Below are positions 58,592 through 64,000 of a DNA stretch of 64,000 nt, piece after piece. The stretch is from Ostreococcus lucimarinus (taxonomy: Eukaryota), in assembly GCA_000092065.1 (NCBI GenBank), contig CP000601.1; one strand, 5' to 3'. The first letter of the stretch is position 1. Every line of letters begins with the position of its first letter. The translations under genes were made by a program, and so were the position numbers. The notes below the pieces were generated by a model. The model was not told the DNA's origin and ran no database searches. It saw only the letters and a list, made by a program, of their open reading frames with translations.

Positions 58592-59560
58592 TTACGCGGT
58601 ACCGCGCTTGACGTATCGAGCGGGTTGTCCAGGGGCGAGCGGAGGTAAGACTTCCATGTCTTGCATCTCCCCGCCGCCCTCGCCGGTGGTGATCAACGCG
58701 ATCTCAACCTTGTGCTCGTCGCCGTCGATGCGCGTCGCCGCGGCGATGACGCCCGGACCGAAAAACGTCGTAATCTTGCTCACGCGATCGGTCCACTCGG
58801 TGAAGTCCATCTTGGGCGAATCGAACTCGAGGCACAACGCGTAACGATCGTTGATGATCTGTTCGGACAACCCCACGAGCTCGGGGGCTTGGTTTCTTCG
58901 CAAACCGCCCGGTCGGTTGAAGCGGAAAATAATCTTCAGCGCCTCCTCCAAATGTTGCTCATCTCCGTATCTGTATCGCGTCACGTCCCCTCGCACTTGA
59001 GTCAAGATCGGCGTCGTTTGTTCCTCCCGCACTTTCAAAGCGTCCTCGTACGTCACGAGCTTCAACGGTTCCAACTCGGCGTACTTCAGCGCGAAGCCGA
59101 TGAGCGAAATCGGAAAGCCGTAAATCAACATCAACGCCGAGATGTCCGCCCCCGGCAGGAACGAAAAGTACGCGCAGAACCCGTACAGCAGCAGAGGCAA
59201 TCCAACGCTCAGACCGATCGTGCCGAACGACGTCGTGCTCAGCAGCGCGGCTTCCTTTTCGTCGGACACCTTTCGAGACCCGCGGCGCAGCTCAAACGTC
59301 GTCGTCGTCGCCGCCGCCGCCGCGCCCGCCGCGCCCGCCGCGCCCGCGCTCGCGCCGCTCTTCCACGCGTCGATCCACGCCTGCGCCTCCTTCGCGCGCG
59401 CGTCCGGGCTCGCGATCGCCGCGCTCGCGCGCGCGCGGACGGCGGACCGAGCGGATAAGACGCGACGCGCCGTCGTCGTCGTCGTCGTCGCGCGACGCGC
59501 GGGCGCCGCGCGCGCGGGCGGCATCGCGCGCGTCATCGCGTGCGTCATCGCGGCGTGCAT
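58592..59560 (-). CDS. Hypothetical chloroplast membrane protein (DUF2854-like, two transmembrane segments)
   Basis: Transit-like N-terminus, hydrophobic GLPLLLYGFCAYFSFLPGADISALMLIYGFPISLIGFALKYAELEP, then a soluble C-terminal domain. The family name is tentative. Confidence 0.35.
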   Translation of the reverse strand: MHAAMTHAMTRAMPPARAAPARRATTTTTTARRVLSARSAVRARASAAIASPDARAKEAQAWIDAWKSGASAGAAGAAGAAAAATTTTFELRRGSRKVSDEKEAALLSTTSFGTIGLSVGLPLLLYGFCAYFSFLPGADISALMLIYGFPISLIGFALKYAELEPLKLVTYEDALKVREEQTTPILTQVRGDVTRYRYGDEQHLEEALKIIFRFNRPGGLRRNQAPELVGLSEQIINDRYALCLEFDSPKMDFTEWTDRVSKITTFFGPGVIAAATRIDGDEHKVEIALITTGEGGGEMQDMEVLPPLAPGQPARYVKRGTA

Positions 59561-59775
59561 TCGATCGGCGTCGGGCGCGTTCGCGGCGCGCGACGGATTG
59601 TGAAGCGCGCGGTGGATGCGTGACGTCGGCTGACGTCAGCCCTCGGGACGCGAGGCGAGGCCGCGCGAGCGGGACGTCGCGAGGGACGACGACGCGCGAG
59701 GGACGACGACGCGCGTTCGAAAGGATATAAATTAATAATGAATGCGACGACACGAGGGAGATAGGAAGAGAGAGA

Positions 59776-60819
59776 CTAAGGGAAAACGGTGAGGAAGCCG
59801 GAGACGTCGAAGCGCTCGGGGGGCGCGAGGACACTGGAAGGTCCGCGGCGAAGAAAGAGCCAAGATAAGGCGTGGAATAAAGCCACGGCGAAAGCGGCGA
59901 ATGGGGAAGGGTACTCCATCGCGAATTCCATCGCGAATGATGCGATTTTGACGGCGGATTCCGCGGCGCGGGTGTAGGAAACCGACCCGGGCGTCGCATC
60001 CGGCGGAGGCGTCGACGCGAGTTCACGCAGCGCGTCAACTTCCGCTTCAAGCTGCGCTCTTTCACGCTTACACGCCTTATACTTGTCGTGCATGATTTTT
60101 GCGTGCTTTTTCTCGCGTTTGATGGACGATTTGACCTCTGCGCGATATTCATCGAGGTTGTTCAACGCCTCGCGAAGACGCGATTCGCTGACGCGCAAGG
60201 CGTCTTGTAATTCGCCCATTCTCGCGTCCATGCCTCGCCTCTTCGCCTCACTCTTTTCAACTTCATCACATTTTGCTCGAAGCGCGCTCGCCAGCCACTC
60301 TTCGTTTTCAGACGCCGTCTCCAAAGCTTTATTAAACCGCTTCTCCGCGCGGGCGCTCTCCGCCGCCGCCGTCGATTTCGCCTTCGCCAACTCCACCCGC
60401 AGTTCGTTCTCGACCGCCATCGCCGCCGTGGATTCACTCAATCGACTCTTCAACGCTCGCATCGGCGTCGATTCCCGCGCTCGCGAGCCGTTCGTCACGT
60501 CTCGGAGCGGCGCCGCGGTCGACGTCGTCGCCTTGAGCCTCGCATTCTCCGCCCGCAACGCCGCGCACTTCGCCTCCATCGCCGCGTACTTCCCATCACC
60601 GGTGGTATTTCGCGTTTTTTCCACGATTTCTTCCAGCTCCGCGATTCTTCGTTCGAGCACGCGGGCGTAGGACGCGGCGTCGAGTTCGTCGACGGCGGTT
60701 GAAGATGAATCGTCAAGCGTTCTTTCCCCCGTCGACCACGTGCTCGGTTTCACCGTCGCGGGAGAGTGAAATAGCCGCGCGGTCGGGCTCGAGTGCTCGA
60801 AACGCATCGTCGGAGGCAT
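59776..60819 (-). CDS. Hypothetical coiled-coil protein with a C-terminal transmembrane anchor (tail-anchored)
   Basis: Long heptad-like Ala/Glu/Arg/Lys-rich region (RIAELEEIVEK..., AALRAENARLKA...) and the C-terminal hydrophobic FAAFAVALFHALSWLFL. Confidence 0.35.
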   Translation of the reverse strand: MPPTMRFEHSSPTARLFHSPATVKPSTWSTGERTLDDSSSTAVDELDAASYARVLERRIAELEEIVEKTRNTTGDGKYAAMEAKCAALRAENARLKATTSTAAPLRDVTNGSRARESTPMRALKSRLSESTAAMAVENELRVELAKAKSTAAAESARAEKRFNKALETASENEEWLASALRAKCDEVEKSEAKRRGMDARMGELQDALRVSESRLREALNNLDEYRAEVKSSIKREKKHAKIMHDKYKACKRERAQLEAEVDALRELASTPPPDATPGSVSYTRAAESAVKIASFAMEFAMEYPSPFAAFAVALFHALSWLFLRRGPSSVLAPPERFDVSGFLTVFP

Positions 60820-60891
60820 GACGCGCGGCTAGCGGGGCGCGACGAGCGCGAGCGTCGTCGAGGAGGCGCGGAATGACGCGATTATGGTGAT

Positions 60892-63012
60892 TTACAAGAC
60901 CGGGATGCGGTGGACCGCGTTTTTCGTGGACATCGGAGCGTACTGGAGCAAAAGTTCGATCTCACCCTTGGCTACGCCTTGAAGCTTGAAAACGTCCTTC
61001 ATTATGACGTTTTGGCGGACGAGTGAGACGTCGATCTCCACAAAGCCGAGCGAGACTTCAAAACCTCTGATTTCGATTCTGAGCGGGTCGACGTCTGGAA
61101 TGACGTTGTAAAAGACGAAACGTTCGTTGAACTTGGGCTGCGAAGTCTTCAATTTGCGCGCACTCGTGTACGTTTGCTTTGCACAAGACACGTGAGCCAT
61201 GGGATTCGGCGGCAAGTCCTTGACACGAAGCAAATTGCGACCTTCGAGAAGTTCGACGGTGAGCAAACCTTGCTCGTAATCCTCATCGAATTCATCCGGA
61301 GCGCCGGTGTCGATGTACTCGAGCTCGACTGTCATCGTCGGGTGCATGAACTTTTTCCCACCAGGTGTTTTCGTCTTGTTCTGTTCCTCGATGCATCGGT
61401 AAAAGTATTTCATGCGCGCCTCATCCGCTTCTTCTTCGCTTTTTTTGTGCCACTCGGTGATTTCGTTGCTGCGAGTCATGATTTGTTCGTGCGTGTAGCC
61501 GTCGGCGGCGGCGAAATACTCGAGTGGGCACTCTTTCTTGTAGTACGTTGGATCGATGAAAGGGAGTTCGAGAACAATCGGACCTGGCCCGCGATCGGCG
61601 ATTTCTCCGCACGTGATCGATGCCTCGCCATAGTTGGAGATACGCTCGGCGCCCTGTTTAAGGAGGCGGAACGTCAAGGGAGTTTCTCGATCGCACAACA
61701 CAAACGAGTCTTCGACGCCATCCCAGCTCGGTGCGTCTCCTAAACGCGGTGGTGTACTCAGCTGGCGCTGCTCGCGAGTCCAATACTTGATAAAGTAATT
61801 GTCCGATTTGAGCATGTTTCGCATCAGCGAAGAAGCCTTGCCTTTCTTGCGCGAGAGGCGGCTATAGTTGCGTCGCTTGTAGAACGCATTTCCCTTCAGG
61901 AATCTAATTCGCATCATCCCCGTCGAAGACTCCTCGATACCGCTGGCCTCCATTATGGGTATGTGCAGTTTATAAGGATATAAGAGCATCTTCTCGATGG
62001 ACGATTTCACGGTGCGCTTGACGAAACCGTGCATGAAGGGGAGCGCCATGAGATCGATTCCGCCCGGAAGGAACAATCCAAAGTCCAAAATCTCAGGCAT
62101 ACCCATCAAGCAAGCTTCGATCGCACCGAGACATGGAATGATATCTACCAACGGATCAAAAGTCACTTGCACCAAGCACTTCAGCTGAAGCTGGCGTAAA
62201 GACACCGGAAATCGTATCCCAAACGCGTACAACGTGACGATGATTTCGCACGACGAAGCCCACGTGAGCTCGATGTCCAAGATGGAATTCTCCATGTGAG
62301 ACGAGTGCGAGCGAATCCCACAAAGCGTCGGTGCGCGCGGACCGAGTGTAAATTTCTCAAAACCAATCCAAGTCACGCTCTCGGGAAGCATGTCGCGTAA
62401 AATCGGCTCGACACTCTCCTTCACCGTCTTGCTCACCCCGGTGTCAATGTTCGGCCAAGCCGCGTCGATCACTCGATTGAGCCAATGCACGCGATTGAAC
62501 GACGCGTCTTCCGTCCATTTCGGCGAATACGTGTTGAATAACGTCTTAAATTCATCCTTAAAGTGTATCTGATCCTGTTCGTTCGTCTCCAACTCCTTCT
62601 TCGCTCGCACGCTCTCCAACCACGTCAACGAGGGCGATGCATCCGCATCCTTTCGCCTGCGACGACTTATCAGCACTCGTCTCACGTAGTCTTTATCCCT
62701 CGTGCGCTTACTCCACACCGTGAGCATCGCCCCGAGGACGAATCCGATCGCCGTCGTCGCCGTCGCCACCGCGATTTGCGTCGTCGTCGCCCGAATCAAC
62801 CACCGCACCGCTTTCACGACGAATTCCAGCGCGCGCACCGTCGCGTTCGACGTCACGCTCGTCTTCGCGTCCACCGTCATCGTCGCCGCGCCTTTCGTCG
62901 CTTCCATCGCCGCGCGCTTCGCCATCGCTCGCGCCGATGCAGAATTCCCGATCGTCCCCGTCGTCGCCGTCGTCGCCGCCGTCGCCGCGCTCCTCAGCCG
63001 CGCGAACGGCAT
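60892..63012 (-). CDS. Extended-synaptotagmin/tricalbin-like lipid-transfer protein (transmembrane, SMP domain, C-terminal C2 domain)
   Basis: Transmembrane IAVATATTAIGFVLGAMLTVW. SMP domain (ASFNRVHWLNRVIDAAWPNID...). C2 near the C-terminus (LLTVELLEGRNLLRVKDLPPNPMAHVSCAKQ...). The ORF is open to 63516 through Arg-rich low complexity; I prefer the Met at 63012, with 62925 as an alternative. Confidence 0.65.
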   Translation of the reverse strand: MPFARLRSAATAATTATTGTIGNSASARAMAKRAAMEATKGAATMTVDAKTSVTSNATVRALEFVVKAVRWLIRATTTQIAVATATTAIGFVLGAMLTVWSKRTRDKDYVRRVLISRRRRKDADASPSLTWLESVRAKKELETNEQDQIHFKDEFKTLFNTYSPKWTEDASFNRVHWLNRVIDAAWPNIDTGVSKTVKESVEPILRDMLPESVTWIGFEKFTLGPRAPTLCGIRSHSSHMENSILDIELTWASSCEIIVTLYAFGIRFPVSLRQLQLKCLVQVTFDPLVDIIPCLGAIEACLMGMPEILDFGLFLPGGIDLMALPFMHGFVKRTVKSSIEKMLLYPYKLHIPIMEASGIEESSTGMMRIRFLKGNAFYKRRNYSRLSRKKGKASSLMRNMLKSDNYFIKYWTREQRQLSTPPRLGDAPSWDGVEDSFVLCDRETPLTFRLLKQGAERISNYGEASITCGEIADRGPGPIVLELPFIDPTYYKKECPLEYFAAADGYTHEQIMTRSNEITEWHKKSEEEADEARMKYFYRCIEEQNKTKTPGGKKFMHPTMTVELEYIDTGAPDEFDEDYEQGLLTVELLEGRNLLRVKDLPPNPMAHVSCAKQTYTSARKLKTSQPKFNERFVFYNVIPDVDPLRIEIRGFEVSLGFVEIDVSLVRQNVIMKDVFKLQGVAKGEIELLLQYAPMSTKNAVHRIPVL

Positions 63013-63128
63013 GCCTCGCGTCCCGCGCGCGACGTCGATTCGCGCGCCGACGTCGATTCGCTCGCCGCGCGCCGCGCCGCGCGCGCGCCGAGTCGTGACG
63101 ACGCCGCACTCTCGCGCGCGTCGCGCCG

Positions 63129-64000
63129 ATGCTTCGCGGCGCGCGCGCCGCGACGAACGCGACGCGCGCGACGAACGCGACGAACGCGCGCGCGCGCGCG
63201 CCCTCGCGAAGCGCGTACGGCGTCGCGCGGACGTTCGTCGCGCGCGTGGACGCCGGCGCGGGCGAGCGCGGGGCGACGGTCGCGCTGAGCGACGCGCTGC
63301 GCGCGCACCTGCCGAGCGAATACGCGAGCGCGACGAGCGCGAAGCGAGAGATACGACGGAAGAATGTGCTCGTGAACGGAACGGTGCGCTCGGTCGGGGA
63401 CGCGGTCGCGGACGGGGACGTGGTCGAGGTGCTGGCGCGGATTCGACCGTCCTCGCCGGTTGCGGCGGCGCACAGAGCGGGCGAGAGAGCCGTCGCGCTG
63501 GCGCGGGACGACCCACACTTTGCGATCATGGTGAAGCCGGATGACTGCGTGAGCGTGGGGAAGGGAAGCGATCCGATGAAGTGGAGCGCGGAGCGGCTGT
63601 GCGCGACGGCGCTGACGCCGACGCCGGAGGGCGTCGAAGGCGCGTTGTCGAGGCCTCGGCCGGTGCATCGGTTGGACGAACTCACGGGAGGATTGCTGGT
63701 GTGCGCGAAGACGCGGATGGCGATGACGGCGCTGTCGGCGGCGTTCGAGAAGCGAGAAGTGCGGAAAAGGTATCGGGCGGTGCTGCGAGGACGCGTCGAA
63801 TCGAAGAAGGGGGTGGTCGACGTCCCGCTCGGCGGTCTGGAGGCGCTCACCGAATATAGCGTCGTGCGCGAGTACGAAAGCGAGGAATACGGCGGTATCT
63901 TGACGTTGATTGATTTTTTCCCGAAAACTGGGCGCACGCATCAGCTTCGGCGCCACGCCAAAGCGCTCTGCGCTCCCATCCTCGGCGACGTCAAGTACGA
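63129..64000 (+). CDS. RluA-family pseudouridine synthase with an N-terminal S4 domain; the 3' end lies outside the window
   Basis: Frame 0 from the Met at 63129. S4-like LSDALRAHLPSEY...IRRKNVLVNGTVRSVGDAVADGDVVEV. Catalytic motif PVHRLDELTGGLLVCAK. GRTHQLRRHAKALCAPILGDVKY at the window edge. Not in the ORF track because it runs off the end. Confidence 0.75.
   Translation, partial: MLRGARAATNATRATNATNARARAPSRSAYGVARTFVARVDAGAGERGATVALSDALRAHLPSEYASATSAKREIRRKNVLVNGTVRSVGDAVADGDVVEVLARIRPSSPVAAAHRAGERAVALARDDPHFAIMVKPDDCVSVGKGSDPMKWSAERLCATALTPTPEGVEGALSRPRPVHRLDELTGGLLVCAKTRMAMTALSAAFEKREVRKRYRAVLRGRVESKKGVVDVPLGGLEALTEYSVVREYESEEYGGILTLIDFFPKTGRTHQLRRHAKALCAPILGDVKY

Noticed and set aside
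63012-63516. N-terminal 168-codon Arg-rich extension of the E-Syt-like ORF and the overlapping 409-aa and 320-aa minus-strand ORFs (62708..63937, 62994..63956)
   Set aside because: They have low-complexity Arg/Ala composition and overlap the RluA-family gene, which has real motifs on the plus strand. These are GC-driven open frames.
1-64000. Prokaryotic-style features: operons, Shine-Dalgarno sites, CRISPR arrays, tRNA/rRNA genes, insertion sequences, defence islands
   Set aside because: The gene content is unambiguously eukaryotic (EFL, CCT6, KDM5 with PHD/JmjC, BUB3, primase p48, Sfi1, EFHC, spliceosomal introns). No spacer-repeat arrays, no tRNA-like T-arm GGTTCGANTCC motifs, no rDNA and no transposase or reverse-transcriptase ORFs were seen in the short intergenic regions.

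Overview
This is eukaryotic nuclear DNA, not prokaryotic. GC content is about 65%, genes are densely packed (roughly one per 1.6 kb) and most are intronless, with a few short introns that share a GTGCGY donor, a GACTGACG-like branch site and a YAG acceptor. The gene content includes EFL instead of EF-1alpha, CCT6, a KDM5 demethylase, BUB3, the primase small subunit and an EFHC/Rib72 flagellar protein, together with chloroplast-type genes (ELIP-like, fibrillin, an ESV1-like starch protein, DUF2854). From this I infer a GC-rich Mamiellophyceae green alga such as Micromonas; that is an inference from composition and gene content, not a database match. I annotate about 40 protein-coding genes, 4 well-supported introns plus 1 candidate, and several short tandem repeats. 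I found no rRNA, tRNA, CRISPR, transposon or viral insertion. I do not see a coherent multi-gene undescribed system. The most unusual single items are: an in-frame TAG that splits an otherwise continuous KDM5 gene between its catalytic half and its C-terminal PHD fingers; a nuclear-encoded bacterial-type NFACT/RqcH-like protein; a Nudix-fold protein whose catalytic glutamates are replaced; an OSR1/SPAK-type kinase with three RFx[IV] motifs in its own tail; an ESV1/LESV-like Trp-repeat protein; and an Sfi1-like centrin-binding repeat protein. Many long ORFs in the six-frame track are antisense or Arg/Ala-rich artefacts of the high GC content and are rejected.
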